A stretch of DNA of 64,000 bases from Candidatus Rifleibacteriota bacterium (lineage in GTDB: Bacteria > Muiribacteriota > Ozemobacteria > Ozemobacterales > Ozemobacteraceae), in NCBI GenBank assembly GCA_051747585.1, contig JBNJGH010000003.1:13286-77285 (forward strand), given 5' to 3'. The notes below the pieces were generated by a model. The model was given only the letters and a program-made list of their open reading frames with translations, ran no database searches and was not told the origin of the DNA. The position numbers were made by a program, and so were the translations under genes. Below are positions 1 through 9,553 of the stretch, in pieces (the stretch's first letter is position 1; each line of letters opens with the position of its first letter).

Positions 1-662
1 TCGAGATGTATGGTAAAAGCATACCCGCAAGACAAATTGGCGGCGATTTCTTTGATATCATTCCCATGGATGACGGTCGGATACTTGTCGCCCTGGGCGA
101 TGTCTCCGGCAAAGGAATGCCCGCTGCAATCCTGATGGCGGTTTCGCGCATGATTCTTCGTTCGGTAGTTCAAGATACAAGCGACCTGACGACTATTCTG
201 GATAAAGTAAATCAGAAGCTTTCACTAGAACTGGACTCATACCATTTCGTTACTTTACAGATAGTAACTATCGACCCTGAAAGTGGAAATGCAGAAATGA
301 CGTCTGCCGGTCATGGTCCTTTAATGGTAAGACTTAATGGCAAGATAACTTTAATTGAAACCAAAGGCGGGCCGCCACTTGGCATTTCAGGTATTCCGGT
401 TGCTTTTGACACCAGAAAATTTGTAATGCATCCTTCAGATTGCCTGCTTATGTTTACCGATGGCCTTTCAGAGGAACATTCCGAAAACGGCGAAATGTTC
501 GGCAGCCAAAGAATAGAAAAGTTTCTTGCCCAATCCGAAGATCTAAATGCAAGGGAAACAACCGAAAAGTTAATATCTGAAGCCATAAAATGGCGCGGAT
601 CAAGAGAAGCACACGATGATTTGACACTGCTAACCTTAAAATTTAAGGGTAATATAAAATGA
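1..662 (+). CDS. PP2C/SpoIIE-type (RsbU-like) Ser/Thr phosphatase domain, probably 5'-truncated by the window edge
   Basis: Motifs IGGDFFD, LGDVSGKGMPAA, SAGH, FTDGLSE and HDDLTLL. The frame is open to the window start (ORF track 6..662). Confidence 0.9.
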   Translation, partial: EMYGKSIPARQIGGDFFDIIPMDDGRILVALGDVSGKGMPAAILMAVSRMILRSVVQDTSDLTTILDKVNQKLSLELDSYHFVTLQIVTIDPESGNAEMTSAGHGPLMVRLNGKITLIETKGGPPLGISGIPVAFDTRKFVMHPSDCLLMFTDGLSEEHSENGEMFGSQRIEKFLAQSEDLNARETTEKLISEAIKWRGSREAHDDLTLLTLKFKGNIK

Positions 663-2776
663 ATTCACCGCAACAAACTCTTCAATTTTACAACCGACTT
701 GCCGAAAAATCGGCCAATACAAAAGACTTGCATCAGCTGATCGACTCTATTATTGACGAAACAATTCATTTTCTTGATGCCGATTCCGGCTCTATAATGG
801 TGTATGACCAGAACGAAAATTGTCTGCGCCTGTTTGCTTCAAAAAGACACCCTAGAATAAAATCCAACAACAGCTCAGGGGCGGTAGCAAAAATTGGTAT
901 AGATCATGGGATTGCCGGTGAAGTTTTTTCGAGTGGCAAACCTGTAATTGTAAGTGATTTAAGCAAATATGACCAAAAGCTTCGTCTCAACCAAAAAACT
1001 GCCAAAGGCTCTTTTTTATCTTTACCCCTTAAAATCAATAATAAAATCATCGGCGTAATGAATCTAAACCGGCCGCCAAAAAGAAAAGGGTTCTGCGAAC
1101 AAGACTTGAAACTACTTGCATCTGTCGAAACAACCATAGCCGGCTTAATAGAAAAGGAAAAGCTTGTGGCCAGCATAGACGCCAACCGGCGCGAGATCAG
1201 CAGCCTTTATTCACTCAGTCGCATTTTAATTGAATCTACCAATTTCTATGCCGGTCTGGAAACCTTTCTTGAAAAGTTATCGGAATTTCTAAACCTGGAG
1301 CGATCTGCAGTAATAAAAATCCCCGAGAATTACAAAAAGCAAATTAACAGCGAAGCAATTACAAATACTGAAATTGAAATTATTGCCGCAAATAAGCTTG
1401 AAAAAAAGCAACTGACAAAAATGTTTCATTCCGTATCCAGCAGGTTGAAAAATCAGTTAACCATGCCATGGACAAAGGACACTTCAGATTTCGAAAAACC
1501 GCCGTTATCGCTTTCATTCGAAGAAAATGCTGCGACCCGCGAACTTTTCTGCATCCCTCTTATAGTAGAGGGGAATCCATCACACATGCTTCTTGTCAGC
1601 CGACGCTATCTTGAAAATGATATAGAAAAGGCAAAAAAACATTATCGTTTTCTTTATTTAATTGCGCAAAACCTGAGCATGTCGCTGGAAAAAGAAAAAA
1701 TGATTGAGCGCATTCATGAAGATCAAGATATGCTGCTTGCAAACGCAACCAGGAACAGAATTTTTCTGGAAATCAGTAAAGATCTGGCATCAACCCTTGA
1801 CCCATTAGTCATTTTACAAAAAGCATTTAACCAGTTCAGCGCAGTCATATCTTATACATCAATTGCCATTCTTTTGTTTGATGACCTCGATGAGACTTAT
1901 CGCCTGATAACTCAGCCAACTATTTCTATCTCAAAATCTTATCAGGAATCTATTGCAGATAATATTTTCAAACTGTTTCAAGAATTTCCGACTGATCCTG
2001 AACTTACCAGAGAAAATTTTGCCAAACCGGTTATATTCAAGCCACAACAGGTGGGTGGAAAACCAAAGCGCACCTTTGAACAAACCCTGCATCTTCCAAT
2101 AATTATAGGTGATCGAGTTGCCGGGCTAATTCATCTTTCCAGAGCTGAAAACGAGCCATTTACCAATCACGAACTCGACATTACTTCACAATTCACCGGT
2201 ATATTTATTACCAGCATCAAAAATGCGCTTATACATAAGCGCACTGAGATGCTGGCGTTTACCGACCCTTTAACCGGTCTTTTCAATCATCGTTATTTTC
2301 AGGAAACCTTGTCGCATGAATTTACCCGTGCCTCGAGGTATTCAATTCCGTTATCATTGATGGTAATGGATATTGATTTTTTCAAAAAATTTAACGATAC
2401 CTATGGGCATCTCGTAGGCGATAAAGTCTTGCGTCACGTTGCCGGAATATTTAAGAACTCCATACGTGAACAAATCGATACGGTTGCCCGCTATGGTGGC
2501 GAAGAATTTGCGGTTATTCTTCCGGAAACCACACTTGATGGTGCACAACAATTCGCTGAAAGAATTCGCAATACTGTAGAAGAAACTACCCTGATGGAAG
2601 AAGACAAAGAACTTTCGGTAACATTGTCAATTGGGGTAGCATGCACAAGAGTAACTGCGTGTCATAAAACATCTGACCTGGTTGAGGCGGCAGATAATGC
2701 TCTTTACTGGGCTAAAGAACACGGAAGAAATCAGGTAAAAACTTTTGAAGAAAGCACAATCGAAAATGGCAGCTAA
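659..2776 (+). CDS. Multi-GAF sensor diguanylate cyclase
   Basis: Repeated GAF-like segments, then TDPLTGLFN, DIDFFKKFNDTYGH and ARYGGEEF. ATG overlaps the upstream stop. Confidence 0.93.
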   Translation: MNSPQQTLQFYNRLAEKSANTKDLHQLIDSIIDETIHFLDADSGSIMVYDQNENCLRLFASKRHPRIKSNNSSGAVAKIGIDHGIAGEVFSSGKPVIVSDLSKYDQKLRLNQKTAKGSFLSLPLKINNKIIGVMNLNRPPKRKGFCEQDLKLLASVETTIAGLIEKEKLVASIDANRREISSLYSLSRILIESTNFYAGLETFLEKLSEFLNLERSAVIKIPENYKKQINSEAITNTEIEIIAANKLEKKQLTKMFHSVSSRLKNQLTMPWTKDTSDFEKPPLSLSFEENAATRELFCIPLIVEGNPSHMLLVSRRYLENDIEKAKKHYRFLYLIAQNLSMSLEKEKMIERIHEDQDMLLANATRNRIFLEISKDLASTLDPLVILQKAFNQFSAVISYTSIAILLFDDLDETYRLITQPTISISKSYQESIADNIFKLFQEFPTDPELTRENFAKPVIFKPQQVGGKPKRTFEQTLHLPIIIGDRVAGLIHLSRAENEPFTNHELDITSQFTGIFITSIKNALIHKRTEMLAFTDPLTGLFNHRYFQETLSHEFTRASRYSIPLSLMVMDIDFFKKFNDTYGHLVGDKVLRHVAGIFKNSIREQIDTVARYGGEEFAVILPETTLDGAQQFAERIRNTVEETTLMEEDKELSVTLSIGVACTRVTACHKTSDLVEAADNALYWAKEHGRNQVKTFEESTIENGS

Positions 2777-4967
2777 AAAAAATAAATCTAACAATACGAC
2801 CGAGCAAACTTTTAAACGCTTATCGCGACTTTCCGATATTTCAATGGCTCTTTCTTCAGGACTCGAGCTTGACGAGCTGCTTAAAACAATGGGGCGCTCG
2901 GTAAAAGAAGCCCTTGATTCAGACGAAGTTTATTTTCTTCTCCTGATCCGAGATACTTATGAACTGAAGCTCTCGCAGGCAATAGGTATCAGGCGCAAAA
3001 GGCCCAAAAATATTCCATGTCCAGACAGGCGCACTATTATGGTATCAGAAGAAGAGTTCGGCTTTGCCCCCTGCCCCACAAATACGGATAAAGGCAAGCA
3101 AGAAAAAAAACTCAGCCCCGAAGCCAAACTAATGCGCAGTGCATTTTTCAGTCGCCAACGCCTTCTTTTTAGTGGTGAAATGAATGATCCGTTGTTCAAA
3201 GACTCTCCTTTCAAATCTGCGCTAATCATTCCTTTAACTACTAACACCAGATGTGTTGGCCTGATGTCGGTTGCCAACATAAAAAAAAGCCGATCATTTA
3301 CGGTAAATGACCTCGAAGAAGCAACCGTTTTTGCAAATCTGGCTGCCATGGCAATAGAGCACCTTACCCTTGTGGAAGAAAGAGAAAGCAGAATAAGGGA
3401 GATGGAAAAGCTCAACACCCTGGCCAAAAGATTTTCTACGGTGCAAACCCTCGAAGGTCTTATCGGCCTTTCTTTTGAATATCTTTCGCAGCTTATTCCC
3501 CATGACCTTGGCGTAGTTTGCCTTTTTAAAGATGACGAAGAAACCAGATATTTCGTTTCCCGATTACCACTCTCTCCCTCAAGCCTGGATCGACTTTCTA
3601 ATCACATAAACGACATCAGCTCAAAAATCCGGGGCTCAGAGTCAAGGCTTATAAGGTGCCAACAACTGTTTCTTCCAGGTCAGAAAACCCTTACAATGAC
3701 CAGTGTTTTTAGACGCAAGATTCAATCTTTTTTAACGGTTCCCCTGACTGTTCAAGGCAAAAGCATCGGTATAATTAATATTTCGGCGACAAGAGCCAAT
3801 GCCTTTAACCGAGAACACTTAAGAACCTTTACTACTTTATCAAATCTGCTGGCTACAGCTGTCGAAAACGTTAAAATAAGACTATACCTTGAAAGACGCA
3901 TAGATGAAATCTCTGTATTGTTTGAAATTTCTCAGTCTATTACCTCTACACTTGTTCTTGACGAAGTTTTAGACTCTATTGTGAACTTTTCAATGGAAAT
4001 GATGAACGCTCTGAGATGCGAACTTAGACTACTTGACCAAACCGGAAAACTTTTAGAGGTAAGAGCTTCACGAGGCTTGTCAAAATCATTTCTGGCTTCA
4101 ACTGCAATAAAAACCGGTGAAGGAATTATAGGGAACTGTTTCTCTCAAAAGCTCCCTATTTCTGTAGTCGATGCCCGCAAAGACCCGCGAACCAAATACA
4201 TCACAATGATAAAGCGCGAAAAACTTGCAGGTCTGCTTGCCGTACCAATAATACAGAGAGGCCGATCTATCGGGGTCATCACAATTTATACCAGTAAACC
4301 AAGAGACTTTTCACAAGACGAGATTGACCTGCTTTCTACTTTTGCATCTCAGGCAAGTATCGCTATAGAAAATGCTCAGCTCTATGCCAACATGAAAGAA
4401 CAATATTTATCAATGGTTATGGCATTAGCCGCTGCTATAGAAGTAAAAGACTCATACACCCATGGACATAGTACAAATGTAATGGAATATGCGGTTAAAA
4501 TAGCTAAAGAGCTTGATCTACCGGAAGAAGAAATTGAAACAATCAGATACGCAGGTCTTTTACATGATATAGGGAAAATCGGTATTAAAGATGTCATTTT
4601 GACCAAAAGCGGACATCTCACCGAAACAGAAATGAACGAACTGCATCGTCATCCTGAATATGGTGCAAATATCATGGAAAGGGTCGAGCTCTTAAAAGAC
4701 ATAGCACCTCTAACCCTTTACCATCATGAAAGATACGACGGCAAAGGATATCCTCTTGGCCTCGTCGGAGAACAGATCCCTCTGGGCGCACGAATTCTAG
4801 CAGTTGCTGACACCTACGATGCAATGATTGCAGATCGGCCATATAGAAATGCTTTTCCTTTCGATTATGTAAAAAAAGAAATGAAAAAGGTTGCAGGAAC
4901 CCAATTAGACCCTGAAATTGTAAATATATTTTTTGATATTCTTAAACGCGAAGGTAACGATAAATAA
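2766..4967 (+). CDS. Triple-GAF HD-GYP cyclic di-nucleotide phosphodiesterase
   Basis: Three GAF-like repeats ending in AIE(N/H)-type motifs; YTHGHS, LLHDIGKI and HHERYDGKGYP. ATG 2766 preferred over TTG 2745. Confidence 0.92.
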   Translation: MAAKKNKSNNTTEQTFKRLSRLSDISMALSSGLELDELLKTMGRSVKEALDSDEVYFLLLIRDTYELKLSQAIGIRRKRPKNIPCPDRRTIMVSEEEFGFAPCPTNTDKGKQEKKLSPEAKLMRSAFFSRQRLLFSGEMNDPLFKDSPFKSALIIPLTTNTRCVGLMSVANIKKSRSFTVNDLEEATVFANLAAMAIEHLTLVEERESRIREMEKLNTLAKRFSTVQTLEGLIGLSFEYLSQLIPHDLGVVCLFKDDEETRYFVSRLPLSPSSLDRLSNHINDISSKIRGSESRLIRCQQLFLPGQKTLTMTSVFRRKIQSFLTVPLTVQGKSIGIINISATRANAFNREHLRTFTTLSNLLATAVENVKIRLYLERRIDEISVLFEISQSITSTLVLDEVLDSIVNFSMEMMNALRCELRLLDQTGKLLEVRASRGLSKSFLASTAIKTGEGIIGNCFSQKLPISVVDARKDPRTKYITMIKREKLAGLLAVPIIQRGRSIGVITIYTSKPRDFSQDEIDLLSTFASQASIAIENAQLYANMKEQYLSMVMALAAAIEVKDSYTHGHSTNVMEYAVKIAKELDLPEEEIETIRYAGLLHDIGKIGIKDVILTKSGHLTETEMNELHRHPEYGANIMERVELLKDIAPLTLYHHERYDGKGYPLGLVGEQIPLGARILAVADTYDAMIADRPYRNAFPFDYVKKEMKKVAGTQLDPEIVNIFFDILKREGNDK

Positions 4968-4973
4968 CCACAA

Positions 4974-7601
4974 ATGACACCGGACAACTTGGAAATAGTC
5001 GCTTTTTCGCACAATGCTGACCTTGATCAACTTGGAGCGGCACGTTGTATTTTGCTTGCTAATACCAATGCCAGCCTGATGCATCCGGTAAGGCTTAAAC
5101 AAAATGCCTGGGAATTTGCACGCAAACAAAACTGGTTTGAAACCATAAATATTAAAGAAATTGATTTTAAAAAGGTCAACAAAGTCCACCTGATTGGAGT
5201 AAGCCTGCCCAAACACAACCCTGAGCTGTCAAATAAACTGGTAAGACATAATATTGAAACAATCATTTATGCCAACAGGCGATGTAAGTTACCTTTCAAG
5301 TTCTTTACCCTCTCAACCAGAAGTCAAAGCATTACTGCCGGGTTGCTTAACAGGCTTTTAAAAGATAAGAAAGAATTCAATCACGAAGACCTTGATCTTT
5401 TCGCCATGGCAATTTGTGAAAAAACCTGGGCCGGTCTTTCAAGCAGGGTTACGCCCACAGATCTAATTATCCTTGACTTTTTGCGCAAAAAGCGGGTTTC
5501 AAACCGTCGAATTGCCGACAGCATTGTTCTTGGCCTCAGAGAAGGACAAACCCGACTTTATCATGAAATGCTGAGAAACATTCAGGATATTCACCCGGGC
5601 AACTGGCCTGTTACATTGATCTGCGTGAATTCAGCCGGCAAGGTTCAAGATTTGGAGCCAATTGTAGAAAGTATCTGGTCAGAAATTTGTCCTCACATTG
5701 CTGTTATATGTATAACCTCAGGCAAATTTTCCAGGGTCTGGGCCCGAAGCAGCATAAGCGAAGTAGACCTGGCCGAAGTTTTCAAGGATTTCAGGCCCGA
5801 CCTGAAAAGAAACTGGGTAAGTTTTAATTTTTCAGGAACTAACCACAAACTTAATTCTTACGTTTTAAAAGATTATCTTTTTCGCTTCCTGCCCCCGGCA
5901 CTGACAGCCGAAAAAATAATGTCGGTATCGCCTCAATCAATAGACTGTATTGCTTCCGTAAAAAAAGCAATGGATGCCATGCTAAAATTCAATCTAATGT
6001 CCCTGGTAGTGACCAGACAGGGAAAATATGCCGGCATAATCACCCGCCGCGATCTTGACAGAGCAGTTCAAATGGAATTGCTCGATTCACCAATCGAGCC
6101 CTACGTTCCGACTTCAACTCCGGTTGTGGGGCCAACAACACCTGCCAGAGCCCTGAAAAACATAATGGTTAGATTCAATCTTACCCGATTACCTGTCGTT
6201 CAAGAAAATGAGGCCATAGGAATCATTACCACCAGAGAATTGTTACGCGCTTTACCCGACCATTTGCCACTACCTCCTGATTACCTGCCATTGGCAGAAG
6301 TGGCCAAACTCCCTTCTGCAAACAAGATAGAAGAAATAATAAAGAGGGTTTTTTCTCTTAAAGTATTTCATATTTTAAGCAAAATCGGTAAATTTGCCAC
6401 CCGGGATCAAATCAATGCTTTCGCTGTTGGTGGTTTTGTAAGAGACCTGTTAATGGAAAAACAGAACCTTGACATAGATATTGTTGTAATCGGTGACGCA
6501 ATCCCCTTTGCCCGGAGAATGAGCAAAGAATTTAACTGCGATTTCAAAGTTTTCGATCGTTTTCATACCGCCAGAATTTACCTTGAAGATATGAAGATTG
6601 ATTTCAGCTCAGCCAGAATTGAGCACTATCCTGATCCCGGAGCACTGCCCCAGATTGAATTTTCCGGACTTTCAAGCGATCTTTATCGCCGAGATTTCAC
6701 CATTAACTCACTGGCACTAAGTCTTAACTCTGTAACATTTCTTGAATTAAAAGACTTTTTTGGCGGATTTGCCGATCTAGCGCAAAAAAAAATCAGAATT
6801 CTACATTCTTTCAGTTTCATAGAAGATCCTACCCGCCTTTTCAGAGCAATCAGATTCGCAAGGCGTTTTAACTTTAATTTCGAAAAAGATACAAGACGTG
6901 CATTTGACCTGGCGGTTCATCGCGGATGCATGCGTAAGCTTTCGATAAAAAGAATCGGAAGTGAAATTTCGCGTTGCCTTAACGAAGAAAAGCCCTACAA
7001 AATAATAGAAGAATTGTTTAACAATGATTTAATGACAGCTTTGAGTCCTGAACTGAACGATATCTCAATGATTCCGAGTAGATTCAGGCTTGTCAAAGGA
7101 CTGGTCAAAAGATTCAAAGTTATTGAAGAAGAAATTGATGAAGAGGCTATTTTATGGACAGGACTGCTGTGTACCCTTTCTCCACAGAAAGCAGCAAATA
7201 TTCTCGATTCTATCGGAACTCCCCACAGCAGAAGAGTACTGGTGGTAAGTGCTTTAAAAGCCGTCAACCAGGTTCCTGAAAAAATATCAGCTGTAGATAT
7301 TGATAACAACAGCAATCTTTTTAATCTTCTTTCACCATATCCAATAGAAGCTTTGATCGCTTTAATGGCATTTGCTCTTGAAAAAAGAAATTCCAGAAAA
7401 GTCTTGAAATTTATTGGAGAATTAAGAACAATAAAGCCCCTGATTAACGGACATGACTTGATTTCAGCCGGGATCCCACCCGGACCACATATGAGAACTA
7501 TTTTTAAACATATCCTTGAATTAAAGCTTCAGGGAAAGAAACTTAGCAAAAATAAGGAGTTGGAAATTGCCATACAGAAATATAAGATTTTATCGAGCTA
7601 G
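4974..7601 (+). CDS. Class II tRNA nucleotidyltransferase (CCA/A-adding type) with degenerate DHH-like N-terminus and CBS pair
   Basis: VGGFVRDLL, DIDIVV, RRDFTINSLA and EDPTRLFRAIRF; CBS pair (GIITRRDL, GIITTRELL). Confidence 0.88.
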   Translation: MTPDNLEIVAFSHNADLDQLGAARCILLANTNASLMHPVRLKQNAWEFARKQNWFETINIKEIDFKKVNKVHLIGVSLPKHNPELSNKLVRHNIETIIYANRRCKLPFKFFTLSTRSQSITAGLLNRLLKDKKEFNHEDLDLFAMAICEKTWAGLSSRVTPTDLIILDFLRKKRVSNRRIADSIVLGLREGQTRLYHEMLRNIQDIHPGNWPVTLICVNSAGKVQDLEPIVESIWSEICPHIAVICITSGKFSRVWARSSISEVDLAEVFKDFRPDLKRNWVSFNFSGTNHKLNSYVLKDYLFRFLPPALTAEKIMSVSPQSIDCIASVKKAMDAMLKFNLMSLVVTRQGKYAGIITRRDLDRAVQMELLDSPIEPYVPTSTPVVGPTTPARALKNIMVRFNLTRLPVVQENEAIGIITTRELLRALPDHLPLPPDYLPLAEVAKLPSANKIEEIIKRVFSLKVFHILSKIGKFATRDQINAFAVGGFVRDLLMEKQNLDIDIVVIGDAIPFARRMSKEFNCDFKVFDRFHTARIYLEDMKIDFSSARIEHYPDPGALPQIEFSGLSSDLYRRDFTINSLALSLNSVTFLELKDFFGGFADLAQKKIRILHSFSFIEDPTRLFRAIRFARRFNFNFEKDTRRAFDLAVHRGCMRKLSIKRIGSEISRCLNEEKPYKIIEELFNNDLMTALSPELNDISMIPSRFRLVKGLVKRFKVIEEEIDEEAILWTGLLCTLSPQKAANILDSIGTPHSRRVLVVSALKAVNQVPEKISAVDIDNNSNLFNLLSPYPIEALIALMAFALEKRNSRKVLKFIGELRTIKPLINGHDLISAGIPPGPHMRTIFKHILELKLQGKKLSKNKELEIAIQKYKILSS

Positions 7602-7614
7602 ACCGCCTGGAGGA

Positions 7615-8397
7615 ATGCCAAAAGAATCTTTTGACCGCCTTATAATAATTGTCGGTTTGATTCTGTTTTTATTTGCCTTGAGCCTCGCATTTCAAAGCCC
7701 AAAAGACATTCTTTCTTCAGCAATACATTATATTGTGCTTATTCCGGTCATTTTAATTTCTCTGACATTTCATGAACTTGCACATGCTTTAATGGCCGAT
7801 TTTCTTGGCGACCCAACCCCGAGAAGAATGGGAAGAATTACGCTTAACCCATTACGTCACCTCGACATACTGGGAGCAATGATGCTTTTTATTGCCGGCT
7901 TTGGCTGGGCCAAGCCGGTAAGGGTCGATTCGAAAAACTTTAGAGTGCCTGCCAAAGCCATGGCAGCGGTAGCTATAGTAGGGCCGCTTTCCAACTTCAG
8001 CATGGCGGCTATTGGAATGCTTCTGATGAAGGGCCTGGCTGCGCTGATTAATTATGCCGAGCTGGCACCAATAGTTGTAATGCTTGGCCAGAGAACACTC
8101 GAAACTTTTATTGTGATAAATCTCGGCCTTGGCATTTTTAATCTGCTGCCCTTTCCACCCCTTGACGGTTCAAGAATAGTATCATTCGTGCTTCCGGCCA
8201 GGTATAGACTGCAATATCACAGGTTCGAAGAAGTTGCCCCCTTTATACTACTCATTCTATTTGCCCTGGGTGGACTCGGAATGCTCCTTACGCCGCTGAT
8301 AACCAATTCATACAGCTTTTTAAACAACATCACCGGAAACCCGATAAAAGAAATAAGCCTTTATCTTTTTAAATTTACAGGAGGAGTAACCCTGTAA
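7615..8397 (+). CDS. Site-2 protease family (M50) membrane metalloprotease
   Basis: HELAH zinc motif, GDPTP..GR.TLNPL, FNLLPFPPLDGS. Start uncertain (7567 TTG or 7615 ATG). Confidence 0.9.
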   Translation: MPKESFDRLIIIVGLILFLFALSLAFQSPKDILSSAIHYIVLIPVILISLTFHELAHALMADFLGDPTPRRMGRITLNPLRHLDILGAMMLFIAGFGWAKPVRVDSKNFRVPAKAMAAVAIVGPLSNFSMAAIGMLLMKGLAALINYAELAPIVVMLGQRTLETFIVINLGLGIFNLLPFPPLDGSRIVSFVLPARYRLQYHRFEEVAPFILLILFALGGLGMLLTPLITNSYSFLNNITGNPIKEISLYLFKFTGGVTL

Positions 8398-8408
8398 AAA
8401 ACAGTTCA

Positions 8409-8467
8409 TTGAGCGAAACTGACTGGTGGTTTCGACTATCGCTCAACCACCAGTCAGCTTCGCTCAA
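8409..8467. repeat. REP-like nested palindrome between convergent genes; may act as a bidirectional terminator
   Basis: ttgagcgaaactgactggtggtt (8409-8431) pairs with aaccaccagtcagcttcgctcaa (8445-8467) with one mismatch. The core recurs, interrupted, at 45485-45570. Confidence 0.75.
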
Positions 8468-8487
8468 CTACCAGTTAAAAAACCTGG

Positions 8488-9015
8488 TCAGGCTTCTTCT
8501 GCGGTCGGATTCATTGGGTCGCCGCCTGAAGGCCTGGTTGCCAGTTCTTTATCGACCATAAACATGCCACCGGGTGCTGCACCGGTAAGATTGAACATAT
8601 CTATTACTTCCTGCACTGAAGACTCTTCTTCGACCTGCTCAGAAACGAACCAGTTCAGCATGTTAACTGTTGAGTGATCTTTTATGGAAAGAGCCATATC
8701 CATGAGCTCGTTTATACATTTGGTAATGTGAGCTTCGTGTTTAAGCGCTTCTTCAAAAGCCTGCTTTGCAGATTTCCAGGATTTTGGCGGAGCTTTTAAA
8801 GCCTTGAGCTCAACCGCCGCGCCTTTTTCTTCAAGATAATTCATAAAGCGCACTGCATGGCCCATTTCTTCCATTGCCTGATTTCTCATCCAGATCTGCA
8901 TACCGGGCATACCTTTGTCGGCTGCATATTCAGCCATTGCAAGGTAAAGATAAAAAGAATAAAGCTCTTCTTGAATCTGCTTGTTAATTGCATTAACCAT
9001 TTTCTTATCAATCAT
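8488..9015 (-). CDS. ftnA: Non-heme ferritin
   Basis: INKQIQEELYSFYLYLAM, EEMGHA, HEAHIT and WFVSEQVEEE ferroxidase motifs. Confidence 0.93.
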   Translation of the reverse strand: MIDKKMVNAINKQIQEELYSFYLYLAMAEYAADKGMPGMQIWMRNQAMEEMGHAVRFMNYLEEKGAAVELKALKAPPKSWKSAKQAFEEALKHEAHITKCINELMDMALSIKDHSTVNMLNWFVSEQVEEESSVQEVIDMFNLTGAAPGGMFMVDKELATRPSGGDPMNPTAEEA

Positions 9016-9085
9016 TTGCTGCTCCTTTAAATAATATTTCTTCTCAAAGTCTATTTAATAGTACTCGTTACTGCAAATATTTTTT

Positions 9086-9553
9086 TTATAGTCGGTCATC
9101 AAAAGTTTGAAACCTTTTCAATAAATCATTTGTAGGATTTTTCTCGTGATGTCTTAACACCATTCTCACAATTTTTTTTTCAAATCCAAGTTTTTTAAGC
9201 AATTTTGCTCCGGCAATACAATGAGCGGTATTTTTGACCGGAAAAAGCACTTTGGCAACCTTAAAAATAATAGTATGGCGGGTTACGCCTTTTCCTATGT
9301 CGTGTAACAGAGCCAGCTTCAAAAGCGTTTTTTTCTCGAATTGGGAAATGTTTTTATCTTCGAGAATAGCATTATAAACTCTTAAAACATGAGCCTTTTC
9401 TGATCTACGCAAGCGATTAAGATGAAAATGGCAATCCAAAGGCATTGTTTTTACCGCATCATTCCATTGTTTTTTACTATATTTTGGCAACAAAACCTGT
9501 TTAAATTGCCAAATTCTATAAAGAATTCTATTAAACAAATTTGTCCCTGACAT
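9086..9553 (-). CDS. Small HD-domain protein
   Basis: H...ALLHDIGK...H...GA...HH...DD pattern. Confidence 0.75.
   Translation of the reverse strand: MSGTNLFNRILYRIWQFKQVLLPKYSKKQWNDAVKTMPLDCHFHLNRLRRSEKAHVLRVYNAILEDKNISQFEKKTLLKLALLHDIGKGVTRHTIIFKVAKVLFPVKNTAHCIAGAKLLKKLGFEKKIVRMVLRHHEKNPTNDLLKRFQTFDDRL

Noticed and set aside
8426..8677. Short antisense or alternate-frame ORFs across the window (e.g. 8426..8677, 2957..3427, 42955..43425, 49565..50062, 54012..54485)
   Set aside because: They shadow well-supported genes and show no recognisable motifs.
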